64,000 bases of DNA from Spirochaetia bacterium (lineage in GTDB: Bacteria > Spirochaetota > Spirochaetia > CAKZLE01), in contig OY782041.1 of the NCBI GenBank assembly GCA_963677595.1, positions 2,080,001-2,144,000 of the forward strand, written 5' to 3'. Below, piece after piece: positions 27,773-37,717 of the stretch (its first letter is position 1; every line of letters starts with the position of its first letter). The notes below the pieces were generated by a model. The model ran no database searches and was not told the origin of the DNA. It saw nothing but the letters and a program-made list of their open reading frames with translations. The position numbers and the translations under genes were made by a program.

Positions 27773-28914
27773 AGCAGTACCCTCCTGATGTCATGCAGGT
27801 AGCGGGACAGGTCCCGCGTGAACCTGGCTCCCTCTGCCCCGTCGATGACCCGGTGGTCATAGGAGACGGAGAAGGGGAGGGTATCACCCGGCTTGAAGGT
27901 CTCGCCGTCCCAGATGGGGCTCTTCTTCATCCGTGCGATGCCGAGGATAGCGGTCTGCGGGGCATTGATGATCGGGGTGAACCCCGTCCCGCTGATGCCG
28001 CCGAGGCTTGAGATGCTGAAGGTCCCGCCGGTGATGTCAGCCGGCCTGAGTTTACCGGCACGTGCCCGTTCGCTGAGCTCGAAGAGTTCTTCAGCAAGCG
28101 TGAAGAGACTCTTCTTCTCCGCATCATGGATGACCGGCACGACCAGGCCCTCCGGGGTGTCGACCGCGATCCCGATATGGAATTGCCGCTTGAGGAGGAT
28201 CTCATTGCTCTCCTCGTCGAGCTCCGCGTTGAAGAGCGGGTGCTGCTGCAGGGCGGCTGTCACTGCCCTGATGATGAACGGCAGCAGGGAGAGCTTCCCC
28301 GGCCCGGTGTACTCGGATCTAAGTTCCTTCCTGAAGGACTCGAGGTCGGTGACATCAGCCTCGTCGAATTGGGTGACATGGGGGATGCGCTGCCAGCTGT
28401 CGGTGAGGTGGGGACCTGAGAGACGCTGGATCCGTGAGAGGGGTATGCGCTCACTCTCAGAAGCTGGTTCCTCCCGCTTCGTCTGTACGGGTTCCAGGTC
28501 CTCCCTGCGTATCCTCCCGTGAGGGCCGGTGGGTACCACCTGCGAAAGGTCTATCCCCTGTTCCCGGGCATACTGCCTGACAGACGGGGTCGCATGGTAG
28601 GCGGTGAGCAGCGGGGAAGGTGCGACTGCAGATGCTGCAGTCTCGGCTTCCTGCTTTTTTGGGACAACTTCTGCTTCTGCCGTCTCGATCTCTGCGATCG
28701 GTGTGCCTGCCGATACCAGGTCCCCCTCCGATACGAGGAGTTTCGTAACCGTGCCGGCTGAAGTGGACGGGATGTCCGTGACTGCCTTTGCGCTCTCGAG
28801 GGAGAGCAGCGGGGTCTCAAGCTCTATACGCTGTCCCGCCTTGATATAGACATCGAGTACCGGGACATCGGTGTAATCCCCGATATCGGGGATGGTCAGG
28901 ATCTGTGTTGCCAT
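27769..28914 (-). CDS. aceF: Dihydrolipoamide acetyltransferase (E2), single lipoyl domain
   Basis: Lipoyl site ESAKA; E3-binding ATPSVRQYARE..TGPHGRI; catalytic DHRVIDG. Confidence 0.92.
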   Translation of the reverse strand: MATQILTIPDIGDYTDVPVLDVYIKAGQRIELETPLLSLESAKAVTDIPSTSAGTVTKLLVSEGDLVSAGTPIAEIETAEAEVVPKKQEAETAASAVAPSPLLTAYHATPSVRQYAREQGIDLSQVVPTGPHGRIRREDLEPVQTKREEPASESERIPLSRIQRLSGPHLTDSWQRIPHVTQFDEADVTDLESFRKELRSEYTGPGKLSLLPFIIRAVTAALQQHPLFNAELDEESNEILLKRQFHIGIAVDTPEGLVVPVIHDAEKKSLFTLAEELFELSERARAGKLRPADITGGTFSISSLGGISGTGFTPIINAPQTAILGIARMKKSPIWDGETFKPGDTLPFSVSYDHRVIDGAEGARFTRDLSRYLHDIRRVLL

Positions 28915-28929
28915 GATTCGTCTCCTCCT

Positions 28930-31602
28930 TCAGCTGATACGCGGATTGGGTTTGTCCGCATCGAGGCCGTAGCGACTGATCGCCTCGCTCACGATGGAAG
29001 CCTCGATCGCTCCTTCGTCGGCCAGCCCCTTGAGGGCGGCGACGGCGATGTAATACCGGTCGACCTCGAAGAAGCTCCGCAAGGCTGCCCGGCTGTCGCT
29101 CCTGCCGAACCCATCGGTCCCGAGGACGGTGACGTGCTTGTTCGGGAGGAGCCGCCTGACCTGTTCCGGGTAGGAGCGCAGGTAGTCGGTGCTGATCACG
29201 ACAGGGCCTGTGTGGCCTTCGAGCTGTCTCGTCAAATACGGGACCTGCTGTTCTGTTTCAGGGTGCAGCATGTTGTACCGTTCACATTCCGTCCCCTCCC
29301 GGTGGAGCTGGTTGATCCCCGGGAGGCTCCAGATATCAGCGCCGATCCCGTGATCCCTCTCCAGGAGCTCCGCGGCTGCGATGACCTCCCGGAGGATCGT
29401 CCCGCTTCCCATGAGCTGGACCTTCTTCCCTGCTCCCTGCGGTGCAGCCCTGAAGAGGTAGCCGCCTTTGCGGATCCCTTCCTCTGCGCCCTCCGGCATC
29501 TCTGGTTGGGCATAGTTCTCATTCATCAGGGTGATGTAGTAGAAGATGTCCTCGTTATCATGATACATCCTCCTCATCCCGTCCTGGATGATGACGGCAA
29601 GCTCATAGGAGAAGCTCGGGTCATATGCCTGGCAGGTCGGGTGGGTGGCCGCGATGAGCAGGCCGTGCCCGTCCTGGTGCTGCAGGCCCTCCCCGTTGAG
29701 GGTCGTTCTCCCCGCGGTGGCACCCATGAGGAAGCCTCGTGCCCTGCTGTCCCCGGCAGCCCAGACGAAATCATCGATCCGCTGGAACCCGAACATGGAG
29801 TAGAAGGTGTAGAAGGGGATCATTGCCTTCCCGTGGTTCGCGTAGGAGGTAGCTGCGGCTATCCAGGAGGAGACGGCCCCTGCCTCGGTGATCCCCTCCT
29901 CGAGGATCTGGCCCTTCTCGTCCTCGCGGTACCACATGAGCGATTTCGCGTCCTGCGGTTCATAGAGCTGCCCGGTCGGGGCATAGATCCCCACCTGGCG
30001 GAAGAGGCCCTCCATCCCGAAGGTCCGTGCCTCATCGGGAACGATCGGTACGATCCGCTCACCAATCCCGGGGTCTTTCAAGAGCTTCCCTAGAAGCCGC
30101 ACGAAGGCCATGGTCGTCGAGAGCTCACGGTCACCTGATGAGGTGAGTAGGCTCGAGAACTCCTCCAGCGGAGGTACAGGCAGCTGCTCTGCTGCCGGAT
30201 CCCGGTAGGGGACCGGTCCCCCGAGGGCCTTTCGCTGCCTCACGATGAATTCGTGTTCCTTCGACCCCTCAGGCGGCCTGATGAAGGGGAGCCCCTCGAG
30301 CTCGTCATCGGCGAGGGGGACATGGTAGCGGTCCCTGAAAGCCTTGAGTGAATCAAGGTCCATCGTTTTCTGGTTGTGGGTCCCCATCGCAGCTTCCCCG
30401 ACGGTGCCCATGCCGTAGCCCTTGACGGTCTTCACGAGGATGACCGTCGGGGTGCCTGTGTGCTTCACGGCCTCGCTGAAGGCGGCATAGACCTTCCTCG
30501 GGTCGTGCCCGCCCCTGGTCATCTGCCAGAGTTCCTTGTCGCTCTTGTCCGCGACGAGGGACTGCAGGTAGGGATCATCCCCGAAGAGTTTCTCCCGCAG
30601 GTATGCCGGTCCCTTCGACCTGATCGTCTGGAACTCCCCGTCGACCATGGAGGCGAACCTGTTCAGCAGGACCCCTTTCGTATCACGCTTGAGGATCTCA
30701 TCCCATTCGGTACCCCAGATGACCTTGATCACGTGCCATCCGGCACCGGTGAACTTGCCTTCCAGCTCCTGGATGATCTTGCCGTTCCCCCGTACCGGCC
30801 CGTCAAGCCGCTGCAGGTTGCAGTTCACGACACAGATGAGATTGTCCAGGTGCTCCCTCGCTGCCAGCGAGAGGGCTCCGAGGGATTCGGGTTCATCCGA
30901 CTCCCCGTCCCCCATGAAGATCCAGACCTTCCGATCACCGTTCTCCCTGATCCCGCGGGATTCCAGGTACTTCATGAACCTCGCCTGGTAGATCGCCATA
31001 TGGGGACCGAGCCCCATGGAGACGGTGGGGAACTGCCAGAAGTCGGGCATGAGCCAGGGGTGGGGGTAGGAGGAGAGCCCCTCTCCGGCTGTCTCGACCC
31101 TGAAGTGCTCGAGCTGCTTCTCTGTAAGACGCCCCTCGACGAAGGCCCGGGCATACATGCCGGGTGCCGAATGGCCCTGGAAGAAGATGAGGTCCTGCCC
31201 GTACCTCGCTTCCGGTCCGCGGAAGAACCAGTCGAAGCCGACCTCATAGAGGGCGGAGGCTGAAGAGAAGCTCGCGATATGGCCCCCGAGGCCTTTCCCG
31301 TCCTTGTTCGCCCTCGCGACCATGGCCATGGCATCCCATCTGACATAGGCTGCCACATCCCTGGCAGTGAGGGAATCTTCTTTCGGTATGGTATCGGATG
31401 TATCCGGATCGAGTGTGTTGGCGTAGGGGGTGATCACCCCGGGGGTGGTCTCCACCCCTGCTGACCGTGCGGTATCGGTCAGCTCTCTCAGCAGGTAGTC
31501 TGCCTTCTGTGAACCTTCGTGTGTGATGACACCCTTCAGGGACTCTTTCCAGTCCTCGGTCTCCTCGATATCGGTGTCGATAAAGAACTCTCTTTTTTCC
31601 AT
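28930..31602 (-). CDS. aceE: Pyruvate dehydrogenase E1, homodimeric AceE type
   Basis: GGHIAS, QFPTVSMGLG, TPP motif GDGESDEPE, NGEGLQHQDG, GTDGFGRSD. Confidence 0.95.
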   Translation of the reverse strand: MEKREFFIDTDIEETEDWKESLKGVITHEGSQKADYLLRELTDTARSAGVETTPGVITPYANTLDPDTSDTIPKEDSLTARDVAAYVRWDAMAMVARANKDGKGLGGHIASFSSASALYEVGFDWFFRGPEARYGQDLIFFQGHSAPGMYARAFVEGRLTEKQLEHFRVETAGEGLSSYPHPWLMPDFWQFPTVSMGLGPHMAIYQARFMKYLESRGIRENGDRKVWIFMGDGESDEPESLGALSLAAREHLDNLICVVNCNLQRLDGPVRGNGKIIQELEGKFTGAGWHVIKVIWGTEWDEILKRDTKGVLLNRFASMVDGEFQTIRSKGPAYLREKLFGDDPYLQSLVADKSDKELWQMTRGGHDPRKVYAAFSEAVKHTGTPTVILVKTVKGYGMGTVGEAAMGTHNQKTMDLDSLKAFRDRYHVPLADDELEGLPFIRPPEGSKEHEFIVRQRKALGGPVPYRDPAAEQLPVPPLEEFSSLLTSSGDRELSTTMAFVRLLGKLLKDPGIGERIVPIVPDEARTFGMEGLFRQVGIYAPTGQLYEPQDAKSLMWYREDEKGQILEEGITEAGAVSSWIAAATSYANHGKAMIPFYTFYSMFGFQRIDDFVWAAGDSRARGFLMGATAGRTTLNGEGLQHQDGHGLLIAATHPTCQAYDPSFSYELAVIIQDGMRRMYHDNEDIFYYITLMNENYAQPEMPEGAEEGIRKGGYLFRAAPQGAGKKVQLMGSGTILREVIAAAELLERDHGIGADIWSLPGINQLHREGTECERYNMLHPETEQQVPYLTRQLEGHTGPVVISTDYLRSYPEQVRRLLPNKHVTVLGTDGFGRSDSRAALRSFFEVDRYYIAVAALKGLADEGAIEASIVSEAISRYGLDADKPNPRIS

Positions 31603-31816
31603 TGGACCCTCTCTTTCGCTCATGGGTATGGCACCCGGTGCAGTGGGACGCGCGGAAGTATGGTGTCTCCCAAATCATTGCTCTTTATATACCTATAACA
31701 TCGTACAGAAACCTCTCCCCGTCAAGGATAAACGTATAAAGCCTTAGTAAAACAGTAAGATATAACCACAGGAACCTACCTTTATTGTTCGGTGTCTTGT
31801 GGTGTATACTCAACCT

Positions 31817-32824
31817 ATGCGGAATATATGTATCCTCCTGATAGCCCTGCTGCTCATCACGCTCCTGGTCACCGGCTGCGTCACCGACCGGTGGGACCCC
31901 GAGAACCCCCTGAACAGGGTGGCCGACCTCCCGGAGGGGGTGACCCCTGCTGCCAAGCAGCTCGATGCAGCCTCCACCTATGCGGTCATGCTCCAGGGCG
32001 ATATCTTCAAGCAGCTCGACCGGCTGGAGGCAGACCTCCTGGTCATCGACCGGACCCGGGACGGGACCGGCGTGACCGCCTACACACCAGAGGACCTTGC
32101 CCGGCTGAAGGGGGAGACCGGAGGACAGGTCGTCTCCTACCTGAGTATCGGTGAGGCTTCGTGGTTCCGTGACTATTTCCACCGCTCCTGGCTCAGCCGG
32201 AACTCCCGCCGGATATGGTGGAATACCCCGGACTGGATCTCCTGCGAGGATGCCGAATGGCCGGGGAGCTTTCGGGTGAAGTTCTGGGTCGAGGAGTGGC
32301 AGCAGATCGTGCTGGATATCGCGGACCAGATCATGGAGGCAGGTTTTGACGGTGTCTTCCTCGATCTCGTGGATGTCTTCGAATACTGGGCAGCGCCGGA
32401 CTGCGGGGAGGCGATGGAGCGGGAGGTGACTGCCGGGTATATGGTCGACTTCGTCGTCCGGATCGCTAATCAGATCAGAGAAGTGAACCCCGAAGCGATC
32501 GTCATCGTCCAGAACGCGGAGTATATCATCCACTACGGTGATGAACGGTACCTCGAGGCTGTTGACGGCCTCAACCTCGAGTCCCTCTACTACAAGAACG
32601 GGAAGCCCCGTGATGCTGAACGTACCGAGCGGCGGTTCTCCTATATCCGGGAGTTCCAGGATGCCGGGGCTGCTGTGTTCGCCATCGATTACATCTATTC
32701 CGAGGATGAAGAAGAGGATCTCCGGTGGTACACGGAGCAGACCCGGGCCGACGGTATCACGGGGTACCCCGCAGATGAGGATCTCCGGCTCTCGGAGATC
32801 ACCCCCTTCTGGGTCTATCTATAG
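31817..32824 (+). CDS. GH114/TM1410-like endo-alpha-1,4-polygalactosaminidase lipoprotein
   Basis: Lipobox VTGC; SYLSIGEA, GFDGVFLDLVD, IVQNA, LES. Confidence 0.8.
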   Translation: MRNICILLIALLLITLLVTGCVTDRWDPENPLNRVADLPEGVTPAAKQLDAASTYAVMLQGDIFKQLDRLEADLLVIDRTRDGTGVTAYTPEDLARLKGETGGQVVSYLSIGEASWFRDYFHRSWLSRNSRRIWWNTPDWISCEDAEWPGSFRVKFWVEEWQQIVLDIADQIMEAGFDGVFLDLVDVFEYWAAPDCGEAMEREVTAGYMVDFVVRIANQIREVNPEAIVIVQNAEYIIHYGDERYLEAVDGLNLESLYYKNGKPRDAERTERRFSYIREFQDAGAAVFAIDYIYSEDEEEDLRWYTEQTRADGITGYPADEDLRLSEITPFWVYL

Positions 32825-34036
32825 GATCTCTGCGGTGATCCCCTCTTCGGAGAGGATACGGAAGAACTCCCTCGATACTGAGGGGTCCTGCACGGTCCTG
32901 GTGAAGGTGATGCGGATCACTCCGTCATACCCGATGATCCCGCAGTTCTCATGGTTGATGCTGTTCGGTCCCAGGGTGAAGTCGAACCCCGTGATGAGTC
33001 CGGCCATCTCGTCCGGGATCTCCACCTGCCGCATGTTCGACAGGGTCCCCGAGTGGTAGAGCTCTCCCTGCTCGAACCTGCCGAGCCGGTGGAGCCCGTT
33101 CTGCAGCCGGAGGTGCCGGGTGAAGTTGGTCCGTATCGTTGATGAGATCTGTTTCTTCTGACGGGCATACCGGAGGGAGTGGCAGACGTGCCTGATCAAT
33201 TCAGGGAGGTCATACTCGCCGAGGCCGGTATGGATCTCCGGGCGGATGAAGAGTGAGAAGTTTCGTAAGGTCTCCGTCTCATAGAAGCCCCTGAGGTCGA
33301 CCGGGATACTGAGCCTGATCGGGGTCTCCCGGTTCGATTCCCGCTGCTGGATGCGGTAGAGCGCATACAAGTAGACAGCCCCGAGGTACTCGGTGACAGT
33401 GACCTGGTACTTCTTCGTGGTCTCTTTCAAGGTCTCGGTCGGGATCACGCCGGTGATCCTCCCGAGGCGGTTCGCTTCCAGGGGACGGCCGTCTGTGTGG
33501 AAGGCCCTCCCGGTGAGTTTCGTGGTGGGTATATCCTCATGGTAGCAGGCCCTGAAGGCATCCTCGGTCTCGGAAGGGAGGATGCTGGAGCCCGGCTCCC
33601 GGACCAGCCCGCTTTCCGGGACAGCATGGCCTGCAAGCCTGAGATAGGCGAGGAGCAGGGTCTTGAGCATGGTCAGCACCCCGTGGCCGTCTGTCAGCGA
33701 GGATGAGGCTGCGATACCGATGTACTTCGTGTCATAGACGACCATCAGGGGGAAGGGAAGGTTCCGCCACTTGACCATATGGCCCTTCTGGACGACCCTC
33801 CGTGCCTGGGGGATGTGATCATCATAACGCAGCACCGAGGAGAAGAGGGTCTGCCCCTCCCTGACCCGGATGAAGGGGTACCGGGCAGCCAGAAGGCTGA
33901 CTGCCTCCTGGAGGAGCTCCGGGTCCACGGGTTCCCGCAGGTCTGCTGAGACGCAGAAAGTCGACGGCATCGACTTGATAGCCAGTGAGGGTATGAATGA
34001 TCTTGGGTTCGGTCCGTTCTGTATGCTGTCGCTCAT
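32819..34036 (-). CDS. CoA-dependent acyltransferase/condensation-domain protein (alcohol acetyltransferase-like)
   Basis: DPELLQEAV..L..RYP, SSLTDGHG (HxxxDG site altered), PVDLR, TLRNF, TLSN. Confidence 0.75.
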   Translation of the reverse strand: MSDSIQNGPNPRSFIPSLAIKSMPSTFCVSADLREPVDPELLQEAVSLLAARYPFIRVREGQTLFSSVLRYDDHIPQARRVVQKGHMVKWRNLPFPLMVVYDTKYIGIAASSSLTDGHGVLTMLKTLLLAYLRLAGHAVPESGLVREPGSSILPSETEDAFRACYHEDIPTTKLTGRAFHTDGRPLEANRLGRITGVIPTETLKETTKKYQVTVTEYLGAVYLYALYRIQQRESNRETPIRLSIPVDLRGFYETETLRNFSLFIRPEIHTGLGEYDLPELIRHVCHSLRYARQKKQISSTIRTNFTRHLRLQNGLHRLGRFEQGELYHSGTLSNMRQVEIPDEMAGLITGFDFTLGPNSINHENCGIIGYDGVIRITFTRTVQDPSVSREFFRILSEEGITAEIL

Positions 34037-34112
34037 TTCTCCTTAACCCTATAATCATTTTCGCATTTAGTCTATATTTATCTGTAGATACAGTTCACGA
34101 CGGAGGTAACCA

Positions 34113-34634
34113 GTGATGGATTTCTATGATGCAGTGAAGAACCGTTTCAGTGTTCGCTCGTATGACCCAAGGCCCGTAGAGCAGGAGAAGCTTGACCGGA
34201 TCCTCGAGGCAGCCAGGCAGGCGCCCTCGGCACGAAACCAGCAGGAGTGCCGGTATGTGGTGGTGACCGACCCCGTCAAGCGAGGTCTCCTTGCCGAGGC
34301 GGCATACGGGCAGAAGTTCGTGGGGCAGGCCCCGGTCGTGATCGTCTGCTGCTCGGTCTCCGACGGCAAGCTCATGCGGTGCGGCCATGCACGCTACGGC
34401 ATAGATTCAGGGATCGCCATCGAGCACCTGGCACTGGCAGCTGCTGCTGAGGGACTGGGGAGCTGCTGGATAGGTTCCTTCCAGCCGGAGAGCGTGAAGG
34501 AGATCCTCGGGATCCCCGACGAAGTCATGGTGGTCGAACTGCTCCCGGTCGGGTACGCGACAGCGGATGCCAAGCCGGGAAGGGGCCGAATGCCGGTAGA
34601 GGAACTCGTCTGCTATGACGGGTGGAGTCTCTGA
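34113..34634 (+). CDS. Nitroreductase family
   Basis: RFSVRSY, APSARNQQ, LAAAAEGLGSCWI. Confidence 0.9.
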   Translation: MMDFYDAVKNRFSVRSYDPRPVEQEKLDRILEAARQAPSARNQQECRYVVVTDPVKRGLLAEAAYGQKFVGQAPVVIVCCSVSDGKLMRCGHARYGIDSGIAIEHLALAAAAEGLGSCWIGSFQPESVKEILGIPDEVMVVELLPVGYATADAKPGRGRMPVEELVCYDGWSL

Positions 34635-34640
34635 TTCTGT

Positions 34641-35714
34641 ATGGTCACACTCCGCGAGTTCACACCTGACGATATACCCCTCCTGCTTAGCTGGGCAGGA
34701 GAGGGGGATGAACGGGAACTGCTGCTCTGGGCAGGCCCGTCTTTTACCTACCCGCTGACCGAGAGCAAGCTGAGGGAGTTCCTTGTGACGAAGAGGAACT
34801 CACGTCTCTTCATCATCGAAGATGGGGGGATCGCAACCGGGATCATCGAGCTCGGGTCCATCGACCTGGCCCATCGTAATGCGAGGATCCAAAAGGTCTT
34901 CATCGGGAGGCGGGAAGCTCGTAGTAAGGGCCTTGCAGGCCTTGCCGTGCGGGAAGTGATCAGGATCTGCACCGAGGAGCTCCACCTGCACAAGGTCACC
35001 CTCGGTGTCCTGGCAGGCAACAGGATCGCCTACCGCACCTACGTGGGCATGGGGTTCTCCGTGGAGGGGATCCAGCGGGAGTACCGCTTCTTCTACGGGC
35101 AGTGGTACGACCTCATCACGATGGCGATGTTCCCTGAGCGGGACCTCATACCAGATTCGAGGATCCCGGCCCGGCTCTATGAGACGGAACGGCTCATCGT
35201 CAGGACGGCCGTCCCCGCAGATGCCGATGCCGCCCTCGACTACTACCGAAGGAACCGGGAGTTCCTCTCTACCTTCGGGCCGCTCCGGCCTGAGCAGTTC
35301 TACACCCGGGAGACGCAGGAAGATATCATCCTGCAGGACATGCTGCTCGAGCGGCAGCAGACTGGCATACGGTTCTGGATCGAGAGAATCGAAGAACCTG
35401 GGCGGTTCATCGGGAACATGAGCTTCTCGAACACCGTGCGGGGGTATTTTCAGTCAGCCTATCTCGGCTACCAGCTCGATGCGCAGGAGGTGCGCAACGG
35501 CTATATGACCGAGGCCCTCAGGGTCATGGTCTATTACGGCTTCACTGAGTTCAAACTCCATAGGATCGAGGCGAACATCATGCCGGAGAACGAGGCCTCC
35601 CTCGCGACGATCAGGAGACTGGGATTCACCTATGAGGGAGAGGCCCCTGACTACCTCTTCATCCGTGATGCCTGGCAGACCCACCACCATTATGCACTGA
35701 TCAGGGAGATCTGA
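34641..35714 (+). CDS. Tandem GNAT acetyltransferase (C-terminal RimJ-like)
   Basis: Two GNAT domains (RSKGLA..LHKVTLGV; AYLGYQL..NGYMTEAL..HRIEANIMPEN). Confidence 0.85.
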   Translation: MVTLREFTPDDIPLLLSWAGEGDERELLLWAGPSFTYPLTESKLREFLVTKRNSRLFIIEDGGIATGIIELGSIDLAHRNARIQKVFIGRREARSKGLAGLAVREVIRICTEELHLHKVTLGVLAGNRIAYRTYVGMGFSVEGIQREYRFFYGQWYDLITMAMFPERDLIPDSRIPARLYETERLIVRTAVPADADAALDYYRRNREFLSTFGPLRPEQFYTRETQEDIILQDMLLERQQTGIRFWIERIEEPGRFIGNMSFSNTVRGYFQSAYLGYQLDAQEVRNGYMTEALRVMVYYGFTEFKLHRIEANIMPENEASLATIRRLGFTYEGEAPDYLFIRDAWQTHHHYALIREI

Positions 35715-35735
35715 GGCAACATTTCCTGGTTGAGC

Positions 35736-35776
35736 TTGACAAGAGCTTCATAATGCATTATATTTAGCATATGCCA
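35736..35776 (+). promoter_or_regulatory. sigma70 promoter with adjacent palindromic operator
   Basis: TTGACA, 17 bp, TATATT, followed immediately by TAGCATATGCCA. Confidence 0.7.
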
Positions 35777-35815
35777 ATTAAGGGTGTACGAACAGTACGT
35801 CCGAAGGAGTAAGGT

Positions 35816-36049
35816 ATGCCAAGATTTGATGGAACCGGCCCGAACGGAGAAGGGCCGAGAACAGGTTGGGGATACGGCAGGTGCCCGGTCCCCGCAGGAG
35901 AAGAACAGAAGACAGCAGAGAGCGCAGGGACTGAACCTGCAGCCGTGCCGCAGTACGGTATGGGTCGCGGTCTCGGACGGGGTTTCCGGCCACGAGGCGG
36001 CAGGGGCATGGGACGAGGCTTCGGCAGGAGAGGAGGCGGTAGATGGTAG
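35816..36049 (+). CDS. DUF5320 family Gly/Arg-rich small protein
   Basis: MPRFDGTGP.GEGPRTGWGYG.C signature; GRG-rich tail. Confidence 0.85.
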   Translation: MPRFDGTGPNGEGPRTGWGYGRCPVPAGEEQKTAESAGTEPAAVPQYGMGRGLGRGFRPRGGRGMGRGFGRRGGGRW

Positions 36050-36408
36050 TGGCGATCCCGGTCACGGAAGACCACGGCATGGAGTCCCGGGTGGACCCCC
36101 GTTTTGGCAGGGCGGCAGGATTCATCCTCTATTCGAAGGAGTCAGGGGATCTCTCCTATCTGGCGAACACCCAGAACTATGAGGCAGCCCAGGGGGCTGG
36201 GATCCAGACGGCCCAGAACCTGATAGGTGCGAAGGTGACGACCGTGATCTCAGGCCTCTGCGGTCCGAAGGCCTATGCCGTCCTCTCGAGGGGCGGGGTG
36301 GAGCTCTACTACCGGAAGGGCGGTACGGTGCAGGATGCACTCGAGGAACTGGAGAAGGGTAGGCTGCAGCCGGCAGCTGATGCGAACATCGAGGGCCATT
36401 GGGTCTGA
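36043..36408 (+). CDS. NifB/NifX-like (IPR003731) cluster-binding protein
   Basis: VDPRFGRA, GAGIQTAQ, GPKA. Confidence 0.85.
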   Translation: MVVAIPVTEDHGMESRVDPRFGRAAGFILYSKESGDLSYLANTQNYEAAQGAGIQTAQNLIGAKVTTVISGLCGPKAYAVLSRGGVELYYRKGGTVQDALEELEKGRLQPAADANIEGHWV

Positions 36409-36499
36409 TCCGGTAAAAAATAGCATATGCCGGTATTGGCTATTTCTGCGAAAGTGTGTATAACTGTGACTAAGATGACTGAACTCGGAGGTAAGAGAG

Positions 36500-36838
36500 A
36501 TGAGATATGCCGTACCATGCGTGAATGGGAAGCTCAGTATGCATTTCGGGCACTGCCAGGAATTCGTGCTTGTTGATACAGATGATGAGAAGAAGAGCAT
36601 CACCGGCTCACAGAGCCTGGTGCCGCCCCCCCATGAGCCGGGCGTCCTGCCACAGTGGCTCCATGAGCAGGGTGCGAACGTGATCATTGCCGGCGGTATG
36701 GGCACCCGTGCCCAGCAGCTCTTCACGGCGAACGACATCACCGTCATCACCGGCGCCCCTGCAGGGGACCCGGAAGAGCTGGTGAGCGTCTACATGAGCG
36801 GTGCCCTGGAGACCGGGGACAACGCCTGCGACCACTAG
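36500..36838 (+). CDS. NifB/NifX-like cluster-binding protein
   Basis: HFGHC, PPHEPG, IAGGMG, C-terminal CDH. Confidence 0.88.
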   Translation: MRYAVPCVNGKLSMHFGHCQEFVLVDTDDEKKSITGSQSLVPPPHEPGVLPQWLHEQGANVIIAGGMGTRAQQLFTANDITVITGAPAGDPEELVSVYMSGALETGDNACDH

Positions 36839-36877
36839 TCGCAGCAGCCTGAAACAGGCAGCAGGGGGTGACCTTCG

Positions 36878-37717
36878 TTATTGGGGGTCGCCTTTTTTCG
36901 TATCAGGGGAGACCCCGAGTTTCTGGAGGTAGTTCTTCCGGTAGTTCGTCGGGGCAAGACCCGTATAGGCCTTGAAGGTCCTGCTGAAATGGAACTCGCT
37001 GTAGAAGTGCAGTTTAGCCGCGATCTCCTTGACCGAGAGCGTCGTCTCGGCAAGCATGGCTCCCGCTGCCTCGATCTTCAGCTTCATGTAGTATTTCATC
37101 GGGGTGTTGTGGACCCTCCGGCGGAAGAGCCGGATGAAGTAGGACTCGTTGAGCCTGATATGGTTCGCGATGTCAGTGAGGGTGACCGACCCCATCACGT
37201 TATTCTGCATGAAGGTGATGGCTTTCTCGAGGTGGATGCTCTCCTCCCTGCCGTAGGGACTCACGTCATCCTCGGAGAGCTGGTAGAGGAAGGAGATGAG
37301 CTGGTGGGCAGCCGACATCTGGAGGTTCCGCTGGCCTGAGAGCCCCTTCTCTCTGATCTCCTCGAAGAAGAAGCGACGGTTCGTCCCCACCGTATAGGAT
37401 CCCCGCCTCTCCGTCTCCCCGGCAAGCAGGCTGCGCAGCTCATGATCAGAATCAGGGACCTCGATGAGCACCGCGTAATAGGTGATGGGATCATGGAGGT
37501 CCTGGGCCTGGATCGAATGCTGGGTCTCGGGTCCCGTGACGAAGAGCATCCCCGGTGATAATCTATAATATGTATTGTCGTTCAGGAAGGTCCCCTCGCC
37601 CTGGAGAAAGTAGTGGATCTCATACAGATGCGCACCGTGCTGGTGGAAACGGCCGTGCCACCGGATCTCCTCGACCTCCTTCATCTGGTAGACGAAGACT
37701 GCGTCTATTATCCTCAT
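36878..37717 (-). CDS. AraC family regulator (probable xylose-operon regulator)
   Basis: Cupin N-terminus and C-terminal double HTH (IAAKLHFYSEFHFSRTFK..G.AP). Divergent from xylBA; start uncertain. Confidence 0.88.
   Translation of the reverse strand: MRIIDAVFVYQMKEVEEIRWHGRFHQHGAHLYEIHYFLQGEGTFLNDNTYYRLSPGMLFVTGPETQHSIQAQDLHDPITYYAVLIEVPDSDHELRSLLAGETERRGSYTVGTNRRFFFEEIREKGLSGQRNLQMSAAHQLISFLYQLSEDDVSPYGREESIHLEKAITFMQNNVMGSVTLTDIANHIRLNESYFIRLFRRRVHNTPMKYYMKLKIEAAGAMLAETTLSVKEIAAKLHFYSEFHFSRTFKAYTGLAPTNYRKNYLQKLGVSPDTKKGDPQ

Noticed and set aside
29134-31263. ORFs of 319 and 295 aa on the plus strand within aceE
   Set aside because: Antisense shadows of aceE.
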